From: Azolla caroliniana
Taxonomy: Eukaryota; Plantae; Polypodiophyta
Length of the DNA stretch: 64,000 bases
NCBI GenBank assembly: GCA_043228905.1
Contig: JBHGNT010000022.1
Location: forward strand, 2,542,001-2,606,000
Reading direction: 5' to 3'
Part shown: positions 1 to 11,300 of the stretch, piece by piece
How the letters are laid out: the number at the start of each line of letters is the position of its first letter
How positions within the stretch are numbered: position 1 is the first letter of the stretch
Made by a program: the position numbers and the translations under genes
The notes under the pieces: generated by a model
Database searches by the model: none
What the model was told of the DNA's origin: nothing
The model's input: only the letters and a program-made list of their open reading frames with translations

Positions 1-740
1 AGCATACGTTGGTGCAAAACCAACAAAATGGGAACGTTATCTCCCAATTTTGGAGTTTGCTTATAACAGCTCCAAGCATACGTTGACGGGATATAGTCCT
101 TTTATGTTGATGTATGGTTTTCAGCCACGAGCCCCGATTGATGTTAATATACATCATGATGAGTTGCGAAGTACGCAAAACTTTCTTCGGGATATGCAAG
201 ATATGTTGCATATTGCACGAGATAATATAAAAACAGCTCAAGATAGAGCGCGTTTTTATGCCAATCATCATAGGCAACCTCGTGTATTCAACCTTGGACA
301 GAAGGTATTTTTACGTGTACCTCACAATTCTAAGACATTGTCTACGGGTAAGTGCGCTAAGTTAGCCCCATGATTTTGTGGACCTTTTACAGTCCTCAAA
401 CGCATTGGGTCATCAGCCTATCATCTCGCTCTTCCCGATGGTGTCGGAATTCATCCAGTCTTTCATGTGAGTCGTCTAAAAGAACTTCTAGGTTCTGGCG
501 ACAATACAGTTACGACTGAAATTCTGGTTACTTCTGAAGAATTATCTTTTAAACCACACGTACCAGAAAGAATTCTCGATGTTAAAACAAAAAAATTACG
601 TACTAAAGAAATCCGAGAATTTAAAATAAAATGGATGGATAAATCAATAAAAGATGCCACATGGGAACGCGAAAATACTCTTAGAACTAACTTCCCTAAC
701 TTTCCATTGCAAGAGTGCAATGTTTTAAAGAGGGGGAGTA
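1..740 (+). pseudogene. 3' end of Ty3/Gypsy chromovirus pol (integrase C-terminus + chromodomain), interrupted by a stop
   Basis: EFAYNSSKH..GYSPF, KLAP*FCGPF (TGA 371-373), IHPVFHVSRLK, chromodomain-like PERILDVK..FKIKWMD..DATWE; PPT AAAGAGGGGGAG 727-738. Confidence 0.85.
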
Positions 741-1400
741 TGTTACGGGCATGACCATATAATATCCCGTGGTAAGAATTTACCGTAGTATTCTATACAC
801 GTGGATAAGTGTGAGGGTTAAACGAGAGTGTAAAGAAGGGGAGGATTACTTTTAATCCTCGGGATTGAGACAACCCATTAGGTCAAGTGTGAACTTGCCT
901 GGGGGCCTTGGGTATCGCTATAAATAAGAGGCCTAGCTACCCTCATTTGATCATCTTTTGACTACATCGAGACTCTGCTCGTGTGGTGGGTCAACTCTTG
1001 TAGCGAGCGCGCCAGCACCAGGTACGACTCGACGCCACGGCAGTGGTATGGGATGCCGATCGAGGCTCGAGTCCGTCTCGATCCCTTCGCTCGGGGGTGG
1101 TCGGGTGGATCAGCACCCTTCTTTCTCTTTCTCCTTTCTATCTTTCATTTCTTTATCCTTATCTTAAGCTTACTTTAGTACCTAGATCTATAATATGTTT
1201 GATCACTTGGCTCGTGCGGTGATCTCGAAAAGTCAACGAGTCGTGATCAACGAAAGCCACTGACCTCACAAAAAAAAGGGCAACGAGCCCTTGCTCGGGA
1301 AGGGGTTGGGAAGTAGTATTTTCGTAAAGCAAACCTCGGGTCTTCTCTATCCCTTGAGTGCTCCCTAGTCCAAGACCCACGTGGTCCTGCCGAAGTAACA
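741..1400 (+). repeat. 3' LTR of that chromovirus
   Basis: Starts TGTTAC 2 nt after the PPT, ends GTAACA at 1400; TATAAATA near 918; CT-rich tract. Partner LTR is outside the window. Confidence 0.75.
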
Positions 1401-1427
1401 CATGCCCGCGAAACTTCGCGATAGCGT

Positions 1428-2055
1428 TGTCGTGAAAATCCGTCACTATGTGCGGATCGTGAGGCGGAACCGCCGAGGTCATGGACCGGAAGGATTCGAA
1501 GTTTGTACTGGCTTTAGCGAGAAAGTATTTAAGATAGATTGGGAGAGATTAATATGGAGAGAGAGAGATTGAGATAAAGATTGAAAACTTGACTTTATAT
1601 TTTAGAGACAAGGTACATCACCATTTGGATAAGTTGATTTTTACTTTTTTTTATTAATTTCTTCCCAATTTCTTCATTAGTCTCTTCTTGCTTGATTCCT
1701 CCATTCTTTTATAGATGCCCTCATACATATGATGCATGTGAGGGTGCAAGACATGCACGTAATGCATGTTTGCCATGTCACTCATTCAAGCTCTCATGTA
1801 TGAAATTTTACATATGAAAAGTACAATGATAAAAGTATAACCCTAAAGTCATGACTTAGCTTAGTGGTAAGTCATGTGGCTCTTATCTAGGAGGTGCAAG
1901 GTTCAAATTCTTACTTACACCCCATAAACACAAATTTTTAAAAAGCCTTGTATTTAAAAATGTTTAACTGCATATTACATCTTCAGTCAACCTCCAATGA
2001 ACCGATGGAACCAATAGACGATTTTGTTCATTTCACATCGAAAATCTTCAAGACA
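1428..2055 (-). repeat. Degenerate solo LTR related to 14292-15208
   Basis: Termini TGTCGTGAA..TTCAAGACA; shares CATGCA-rich blocks and ATAACCCTAAA..TAGCTTAGTGG with the 14292-15208 LTR; preceded by GCGT, but the right flank does not match. Confidence 0.6.
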
Positions 2056-2229
2056 CCATGCGACGCAATCAACCTATCCAACCGATCTGTCATCCAGTCC
2101 GGGTTCGGTACCGTCGCCATCCATCCGTTTAGAACGAATTTGAAGAACTTGGCCGCATCCATTTATCCAAGTTATACAACCCAACCTTTTTGTGCTCCAA
2201 ACACACAGATGAAATATAAAGAGATATGG

Positions 2230-4123
2230 CTCTACTTATATACTCTTGAATCCTGATATTGTCCTACCTATGTGGGATATCTCACAATTTTGTTTTCCTC
2301 TTCTTCTTCTCAAACTTCACACTCAAATAACTTGACACTAAGTTATCTGTTTCATATGTAGTAAAAGGCATTCGGAAGCTCTTGAAGACATCCATCTTTT
2401 CGTACCAAGATATTAAACTAATATAAAATAGTACCCTCACTATTATTGTTTCATATTGTGTGTGAAGAACCACACTCGATTTTGTACATTCCATGCAATT
2501 TCCACACCAAACCGCTTGTGCCACAAGTCGATATCCAATTTGATTTTCTGCCCCTTTGCGAACATAGTGGTGCCTACGTCATTCATTTCAAGGATGAACA
2601 TCCTCCTTCTCGGTGCCCTTGCGCGATTATCTGGCTTGCTTCTTCATTTGAAGCACTCAAGATGAGTAAATCAAACTTGCATACCCTAGTCTACAATTTG
2701 TCCGATCAACACCAAGTTCTTGGTGATTGTGGGCACATGTAAGATATTTCTTGGTGATTGTGGGCTCGTGTTTTCCAGCACTCACTCTCTCAGTGGCCCT
2801 TCCGGACACAATACCAACAGTCCGTCACGGCCTTTCCTTGCCAACCTTCAGCACCACCTTGACTCCCCCTACTCATGGAGGGTCTGGAACTGTTGTCGGC
2901 ATTTCGATTATGCCCCGAGTTCTACTGTTGTCGGTCGTTCCCATTGCGTGCCGACCCGCCTCGTCATCATGACCATGGGGCCTCTCGGCCTCCATGTACA
3001 ACATCTTGCTGTCAATCTGCATACTCGTAGACGCACCCGAGTGGTTTTCTTCTACAAGCAACATCGATTGAAGCTCAAAAAATGAAGGCGTATTCTCCCT
3101 CATGCAAAGCATTGTTTGGAATGCTCCAAACTTTGATGCCAGCCCTCAGAGGTAGACCTACACCATTTCATCCTCTTCGACATTCACGTTGATGAAGGCG
3201 ATGGATTCAAAGATGTAGTCAACCACCGATATATCTCTCTGTCAAGCATTGCTCAACTCCTGTCTGAGTTGAAAATTTCTAGCTGTGGTGATCGCGGCGG
3301 AGATCTTCTTTAGATTTCCCCAAGCATCCTTCGGTGTCTTGGCATCCCAAATGTAGCTCAAAAGCTAGTCACTCACACAGGATGTGAAGCAGTATAGAAC
3401 TCTCCTCACTGCCTGCTCCCATGCCAGGAAATCTCTGTGTGTCGATTCGGGTGCTGCATCATTAGCTCCTTCGACATAACTCCAGTAACTGTGCCCGAGC
3501 AAGTACTAGTGCATCTTGTACGACCAAGATGCGTAGTTTCTCCTATCGAGCTTTTCGGTCGGAATCGAGCTTCCCATTCCTCTGTCCATTTCTCTTATGT
3601 TTCCTTGGCTCTGTGTTCGAATGTTCTTGTCAGCAACAAAGGATGTTCTAACCCTCGTGCTCTGATACCATGAAAATGTTTACGTGTAGAAGCGTAAACA
3701 GAACTGGCTTTGCCGGATAATAGCAAAAAATCAAAAGTGAAGGTTTAATGGAAACCTTGAATACACACAAAGAATATGCGGGAGAGACAGAGAGCGGACA
3801 ACAACTTCTATTCAAAATAATGAATACTCTATACATACACTATGCTCATTCAACACTTTTTATACAAGACCCTAACGCGTGGGCTGACACAAGTACCATG
3901 AGTACGTGAATACTCATAAATGAGCCTAACACTAATTCTACCTATAATATTCCTATTTACTATAATAGGAATAGAGGCCCTCAGCGGCCTTTCGGAATCC
4001 TACCGACTCGGCTCTCGGCCCCCGCCTTCTTCAGTCGATTCGGGCCTAGTGGATCGGTCTCCAACCGATTCGGCTGTCGACTTCTTCAAATGATTCGGCC
4101 CATGTTGAGCTTGTCTCTCAACA
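2230..4123 (-). mobile_element. Truncated, degenerate Ty1/Copia (5' LTR 3671-4123, Met PBS, gag and integrase remnants), same family as G
   Basis: Minus-strand LTR begins TGTTGAGAGACAAGCTCAAC like G's LTR; PBS TGGTATCAGAGC 3670-3659; RENTPSFFELQSMLLVEENH matches G's gag. Left boundary approximate. Confidence 0.8.
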
Positions 4124-4444
4124 CGGTGGACAGATAAGAAGAGGTGTGAGTGAGTGATTAGTGTGAATGGCCAAGGGGGTTTGCACCCCTATGTATCTAC
4201 CTCCTCTTGTAACTACTTAACCCCTTTATGGGGAAGGAATGAAACATGGAATAAGTTCTCTCTCAATCGCTCTCTCTTGGCACCTTTTCTCTTCTCTCTC
4301 AATCTCTTACATTGAACCCCCTTGGGACGAGGGTGGAGCCATTCTAGGCACCACCCCCCACCCCACAAAGATTCTCAATGCCATCACCATTTCCATCTTC
4401 ATTATTATCACTACACCGCAATGATCCTCATCCCTAACCCTAAC

Positions 4445-4742
4445 CTACAATAGCAAGATAGAGAGAGCAGAACACAACTATCTTCAAAAATAACTCACAC
4501 CACTCTGTACATACAAATATGCTTAAGAGAACTTTTTATACAAGTCCTTAAAAGAACTGGTTGAAGTACTGAGCTACTAACTCTAACTCCTAGGAACAAA
4601 ACTACCTAGTAGACTAGGAGCGTAGACCTCTAATGGCCTACCGGTTCGCACATGGGTCCATCTCTCCGATCCGGCTCTCGAATCCAGCTGGCTCTTGGCT
4701 TGTTCAACCAATCTGGCCCATGTTGAGCTTGCTCACTCAACA
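4445..4742 (-). repeat. Partial LTR of the G-type Copia family
   Basis: Minus strand reads TGTTGAGTGAGCAAGCTCAACATGGGCCAGATTGG.., similar to 45484 and 4123; 3' boundary uncertain. Confidence 0.6.
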
Positions 4743-5279
4743 AGTCTTCATTGAAAACTACATCGTTACTATGGATCAATTTTTGGCTCTCCAGAACCCA
4801 GAGCCGATTGTTATTCTCTGACCGGACAAGGCCTAACACAAGGTGTCACGGAGACACTTCACCAAAGGGTGATTACGGCATAGGATTATGACTCAACGAT
4901 TACACCGACTTACGTAGGTTACACGATTAGATCGCTTTTGTTAATTACACGCGTAAGATATAACAGTAAGTACAGAACGGACATCAACACAGAAGTATAA
5001 ACACCATATACTCTATTAATTATCCGCTGCGATTACAATGGGGTCCGGGCCTTTAAATAGGTTTCCGGCCCGTAGTACAAAACGGTGCCTATCGCACCTA
5101 TTCGGGATCCGTCCGGATCTGGAACGGCATACCGTTTCCAGTCCGTCCGTCCACACTATGCTCATTTACAACCATACTTAATTAACTCCTTCACTCCGTA
5201 TTTTGGACTCCTTGCCGGCCGGTAACACATGGCACGCCCGTGGGACAGTACCTTGTACGTCGAACCCTTCTCGGCCCCT

Positions 5280-7961
5280 TCATTGTTCACCCAAATTGTC
5301 CAAAATACTTTGTTCCAGAGTTTCCACTTGTTCTTCCGGTTGTGGTTGCTGCGGCTGTGCTTGCTGCTGCTGCTGTGGTTGCGGTTGGGACTGAGGCTGC
5401 TCCGACTGCTCTATAGGCGGCTGCTCCGACTGCTCTATAGGCGGCTGCTCCGTTTGTTTCTCTGACTCCGGCATCTCCGTCTGACTGCTTCCGGTCCGGT
5501 CTCCTTCCAGTAACGGTTCCTCATCACTGAGGTTGACCGTAACCGGTTCTCGTGCTTTCTCTTCCCGGATCCGGGACCTCTCGTAGCTTTCAAACTGGAT
5601 CTGCGCCTCCAGCCTGTCGTCGTCCAGCTGAGCTACAAGTTGCCGGACTTGCCCTAGTTGGTCCTCTGCCAAGGCTTGAAAGTCTTCGGCCAGCTCATCT
5701 CTTATGCCGGTGAAGTCTTCGGAAGTCAGCATATAGCAATCATCTCCCTCCTTCCGCCGGTTCTCTACGTCGGCCCGGAGCAATTGGAGTTCCGCCGCAT
5801 TCGTGGCCCACTTGGTCCACCATTTGACGGAACCGTTGTCAATCAAGCTCTTGGTCTGGTTCAACCAGGCCCGCATGATATCCTGGATACGACTTGCTCC
5901 CATTTGCGCTCTACTTTCCACAACTTGTCGTTCCTCCTTCAACTGCTTGATGAGATTAGCCGTATCCTCCGCCTGCTCTCTGTAGCGCGTCAGCTGCCCT
6001 TGATATGTTGTTTGCAGCCTCTGCAGTACCTCCGCCGCTCTTTCTTTTTCCGCCTGTTGTTGCCTGAGGAGCTCTGTCCGAACCTTCTCCGCCTCTTCCA
6101 ACCGTCTTCTGGTTTCCGCTTGTTCATTAGCGTATGCCGTTGCGGTCCGATCAACTACTTGCCGGAGCTCATCCGTCTATTCCTTGTGCTCCGTTTGCAA
6201 CCGTTTATACTCCCGGTGCAAGTGCTCAAATTCCTCCGTTTTTTGTTTGAGCTTGCCGTTGATCTGGCGATGGTTCCGGTCCTCCCGGTCCTTTAGCTGC
6301 CGGAGTTCCTCTTTCAGGCGCTCTATTTCTGTTTCGGCGTTTCTCCGGAGCCTGTCCTTCTCTTGCAGCATTTTCTCCTTTTCCTCCTTGAGCCGGTCGT
6401 ACGCTTGGTGGCCTTTTCGTAAGTTCTCCTCGGCCCGGCGTAGATTCTCAGCAGTCTTTTTGAGTTCTGCCTCCGCTGCCGTCTTCAACTCTCTTTCGCG
6501 GCTCCTCAGCGCTTCTTGGGCAGCTAGCTCATCCTTTAAATCCGCAAGCTCTTGGGTTTGTGCCGCATTTCTCTCCGGAACGGTTTCCGTTGCCGGGGTC
6601 TGATTGCTATGTACAAGTTGATCTGACGCTTTATTCTGTACATTGCCCGGAGTCACCGGTGCTTGGACTTGTGTTGTCAAAGCCAATTGAGCCATTTCCC
6701 TTGTGACCCTGTCCAAGTCTTGTTCAAGGCTCCGGATTCTGGACCGGGCCGTCTCTAGATCTACGGTTGTGACGAGCAACCGTTCGTGGTGCGCTCTCTC
6801 CTCCGCCTCTATGTACTCGACCACTCCGGCGATCTGCTCGCCTACCCACCGTAGCCACATGCTACTGGTGCCTTGCTGCTGAACTAGTCGGGTCGGCTCA
6901 TTCACTGTGGAATTGTCTGGCCTGAGTGCCTGTATCTGCCATTCTGGTTCTACTCCTTGGCCGCTGTGTGTGCTGGCTGGGCTCGCCGGCTGTTGAGTTC
7001 CGGTTCTCGCCGTCTCCGGAGCCGTTGGAATGACTTCTGGTATAGAAGTCGACAAGGCCGGTTCTATACGAACCGGTTCCGGTTCCTCCCTTGTGGTTTG
7101 CTCAGGTTGAGTTGGGGGTGTTTCTTCCTTTCGCGGGTCCGAACGCTCCCCCGCTGTCCCGGCGGTGCTACTTCTTGACCGTCGTTGGAGGTGCTCCTCT
7201 GGCTCCTCCGTTTCCTCTTCCTGGGTAACGGCATGCTTCTGTGCCGTCAAGGGTTCCGGTTCCTTCTGTCCCGGTCGCCGTATGGTTATCTTAACGGGAA
7301 GGACCGGTGACACCTCCTCCGGTTCTGGGAGCCGTTTCTTCCCTTTCGCCAGCAGCTGCTGTCGTTTGGACGCGGGCTTCGAGGTGCTTCCTTCCGATAA
7401 TCTTGGCCGCTTCTTTGGCTGAACGGTCTCGACCGGCGGCACGAGCAATGTTATCCACTGAGCTATGGCATGCCACAGCTTCCGGCCCTCCTTGCCGTCC
7501 TTTCCTCGTACCATGTCGATTGCCGCGCACAAACCGTCTGCAATCAACACCGGCCAGTCCACCTTGATCCCTTCATAGGTGGCTATGATCATCCCTGCCC
7601 GATTTTTTGGCATGACAGGGGGTCCGGGGTACACGTGGCCGTACTCATGGAGCACTCGAGCTATCTCCCTGAATAGCGGATCTTCGCCGCCCTGCGTTCG
7701 ATAGCCTTTGCCGGCTACAGAGTACTCACCGAAATATCGGATGAGTTGCTCCGAGGTTGGGTTATCAATCTGGAAAATACCTCCCTCCGGAAGGCCTGTT
7801 AGCGCACGGATCGCTTCCTCGGTGATGACTTCTGTGTCGAGCTCCTTGATGACCCGGTCGGCTTCTCTGTGCGGTGGTGCCTCCATGATGGTCAAGAACC
7901 CATCCAGTCCGTATTGCTTGAGCCATTTCCTGGCCGCTTCCGACAGCGTTTGTGGTTCCAT
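5280..7961 (-). pseudogene. Extra ORF of A (~890 aa; N-terminal plant-transposon-like domain, low-complexity linker, long coiled coil), one in-frame stop
   Basis: ORFs 7961-6177 and 6101-5280 are in the same frame, separated by TAG; colinear with B's extra ORF. Confidence 0.85.
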
Positions 7962-8328
7962 GTCTGCTTCGAGGTCGAGGAAAGATGGCGAGGTAGAGTG
8001 GTGATGAGAGTGAGAGCGAGAGAGAGAGCGTTCCGAACGTGGGGGTTCTCAGAGTGCAGGTTCGCGTTTGCTAAGCTTCCACTGCCTTGGTGCTTCTGTG
8101 CTTCTTGGCTCGCGAAAAAAAAAGGTCTCCATGCGTTCTTCTTTTTCTCTGTGCGTCTTGGCGCCTTTTCCGAGCATGCACACGTTGTGTACCATTTTAG
8201 TATTAAGTAGCGTGGCGGCTCTTAAATGCCCACTTCGTACCTTTTCGCTCCTTACTTTCACGTCCGTTCATACCTCGATTTTTAATGATTTTTTTTTTTT
8301 TTTTTTTTTAAAATGACGGTATGTGATC

Positions 8329-11300
8329 TTACCCATCCGTAGGTCCCTTCGGACCCTTACCGTTTTCCTTACGGGTTGCCGTGTCTTCCTTCGCCTCTGC
8401 TACGGGTTCCCCGTCGTCTTTTTCTTCCATCCGTACCGTTCCCGGTATAGTGCCGGTGGGATGCATAAACGGGTTATTTGGCATCGGTCCTTTATAGGGC
8501 TTTAGTCTAAATCCGTTGACCCACTTGCCTAGCACTTCACCGGCAAGTGTCCCTAACTGATAGGACCCGTTGTATTCCCGTGTCAGCCAATACGGGCCTG
8601 TCCATCTGAACCGGAGTTTACCCGGCATCTTGCCCATCCTTGTTTGGAATACTAGCACCGGCTTTCCGATTTCGAACATCTTCTCATTACCTTTCCGGTG
8701 ACGGTCAACGAACGCTTTCCGTCGTCGTTGCTCCAGTTCCATGTGTAGGATGTTGGCCAGCCGTTGCTCCTCCAGTTCGCATAGTGCTGCTAGCCGCATT
8801 TCCTCCGACTCCTTTTCATTCAGCCGTTCCCGTAGTTGGATCCGTAAGCTTGGTACCTGAAATTCCACCGGCATGACCGCCTCTAAGCCGAACGCTAACC
8901 GGAACGGCGTTGTCCGGATACTTGTTTTGTATGCCGTTCGGTACGCCCATAGCGCGCTATGGAGCTTTGTATCCCAGTCCGTCCGGTTTTCATTAACGAT
9001 TTTGCGGAGAATGTTCTGCAGCGTTTTGTTGGTGGACTCTGCTAACCCGTTCGCCTGTGGGTAGTACGGTGTGCTTCGTTTATGGACCACGGCATAGAAC
9101 GTTGTTAAGCTTTCAACTACCTGGCCGAGGAAGTGCCCTCCTTGGTCGCTGATTAATTCAATCGGACATCCATATCGGCACCAAATGTTCTCGTATAGGA
9201 ATTTTGTTGTGGATGACGCGGTGTTGTCTCTCAGGGCCTTAGCTTCCACCCATTTAGTGCAATAATCTGTTGCCACGATGATATAACGATTACCCGTTCT
9301 CATTGCCGGTGGCTTGAACGGTCCGACAAAATCCAACCCCCACTTCTGGAATGGCTCTAGTGGAAGTACCGGTTGGTGTGGCATACGTGCTTGCTCCGTA
9401 GGCTGGCCCATTTGTTGGCATAGGTCACATTCCTTAGCATACTTGACGGCGTCTTTTAACGTCGTGGGCCACCATAAGCCGCTCTGCCATACTTTCCTTG
9501 CCGTCGCTTCCCCGGCATAGTGTCCTCCGGCAACCCCACAGTGTGCTTCCCGTAAGATTACTTGTTTCTCGTCACTACGGACTGCCCGTCTCCATATTCC
9601 ATCTGCTCCTTTGTGGTAGAGAGTGTCCCGTAACAGACAGAAATTGCGGCTCTGCACCGCCAGTCGTTTCCTCTCGTCTCGGTTCATTTCCTCCGGTGGC
9701 AGGCCCGTGCTTAGGAACTGGTGCATGTTTGTCAACCACCTATCTTCTGATGCCACTGTGTCGTCCGCTGCCGTTTCCGGGGTGATACGGAATAACTCTG
9801 CGTCCGGGAATTCATCCGATACTCCGTCGCCTGATTCTCCGGACTCTAACCGGCTCAGGTAGTCTGCTACGGCATGCTGGATACCGGGCCGGTGAAAGAT
9901 CTCGAATTCGAACTCCTGCAACAGCAAGGTCCAACGGGCCAACTTACCGGTCAAGGACGCCTTGGACACTAAGTACAGGAGCGCCGAGTGATCCACATGA
10001 AAGGAGAACTTCCTTCCCAATAGGTAATGACGAAACTTTGTTACACTGTAGATCATGCCCAGGGCCTCCCGTTCCGTCGTTGAATAGTTCTTCTCCGCTT
10101 GGGACAGCTTCCGGCTGGTGTAATATACCGGCCGGTACCATTTAGGCTCCGTAAGTTGCATTAAGGCGCTGCCGATAGCGATGTCGGAAGCGTCAACGAA
10201 CACATGAAATTCCTTGCTCCAATCCGGAGGCTGTACGACGGGTGCTTGCGACAAAAGTACCTTCAGGGCATTGTATGCCTTATCCTCCGTATCCGTCCAT
10301 TGGAACGGTGTCCGATGTACCGCGGTGTGTAATGGTGTAGCCAAGTCAGCCAAGTGACGGAGCATCCGGCTGTGCCACCGGATCTGTCCTAAGAATCGGC
10401 TTAGTGCTTTGGCCGTTTTCGGCGCCGGTGCCCCTAGTATCGCGTTTACTTTGTCCGGGTCGACCGCAATGCCCTCCTTACTTACAATGTGTCCCAGTAA
10501 GATTCCACTTGAAACCCCAAAGATGCATTTTGCTGGGTTTAAGCTTAGCCGGTATAACCTACACTTTTCAAGGCATAACCGTAGGTGCTGCAAATGGTCT
10601 TTTCCCCGGCTATAGACTGCAAAATCATCCAGGAAAACCTGCATGAAGGCAGGGATGTATTCGACGAAGATCTCCATGATGATTCGCTGGAAAGTTGCTG
10701 GTGCCGTTTTTAGGCCGAACATCATTACTTCGGCCACAAACACCCCCCATTCGGTGACGAACGTTGTCTTCTCCTGGTCGTCAGGGTGCATCCGGATTTG
10801 ATTGTATCCGATGAACCCGTCTAAAAAACTATAAACTTCATGGCCGGCGACGGCATCCAGTACTCCATCCGTGAACGGGAGAGGGAATGCATCCGTAATT
10901 GTGGCTGCATTTAGTTTCCTGTAATCTACACACACGCGGATTTTACCGTTCTTCTTTGGGACGACGACAATGGGGCTCAGCCACGTCGCTTTCTTTACCG
11001 GCCGGATGAAGCCCACTCTTAGGAGTTTGTCGATTTCCTCCTTCACTTTGGCGGCGTAGTTGGGGTTCATTCGGTAACGTCTTTGCGCCACTGGTTTCGC
11101 GTCCTTGCCTAAGTGGATCTGATGCTGATATAATTGAGGGTCCAGCCCTCGCATGTCTTCGTATGACCAGGCGAATACGTCGCGAAACTCCGTGAGAAGT
11201 TTGATCATCGCCGCTTTATCTTCCGGCTTCATTTCTTTGGCGATGTGTACCAGCTTTGATTCGTCCTTGCTTCCTAGGTTCACTTCGTCGAGCTGGGATG

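Noticed and set aside
4433-4447. Interstitial telomere (CCCTAACCCTAACCTA)
   Set aside because: Only about 2.5 units, too short to distinguish from chance or a telo-box
5228-5250. Element A actually oriented on the plus strand, with TGGCACGCCC as its true PBS
   Set aside because: gag-pol, the extra ORF and the LTR TATA-like box all run on the minus strand behind the other PBS, so this site occupies the PPT position (kept as a finding)
5658-6603. Long antisense ORFs over retroelement coding regions (also 20208-20903 and 50307-50924)
   Set aside because: They are shadow ORFs of GC-rich or biased coding sequence with no recognisable motifs
5280-7961. Retroviral env gene
   Set aside because: No signal peptide or transmembrane helix is evident; the protein is mostly coiled coil
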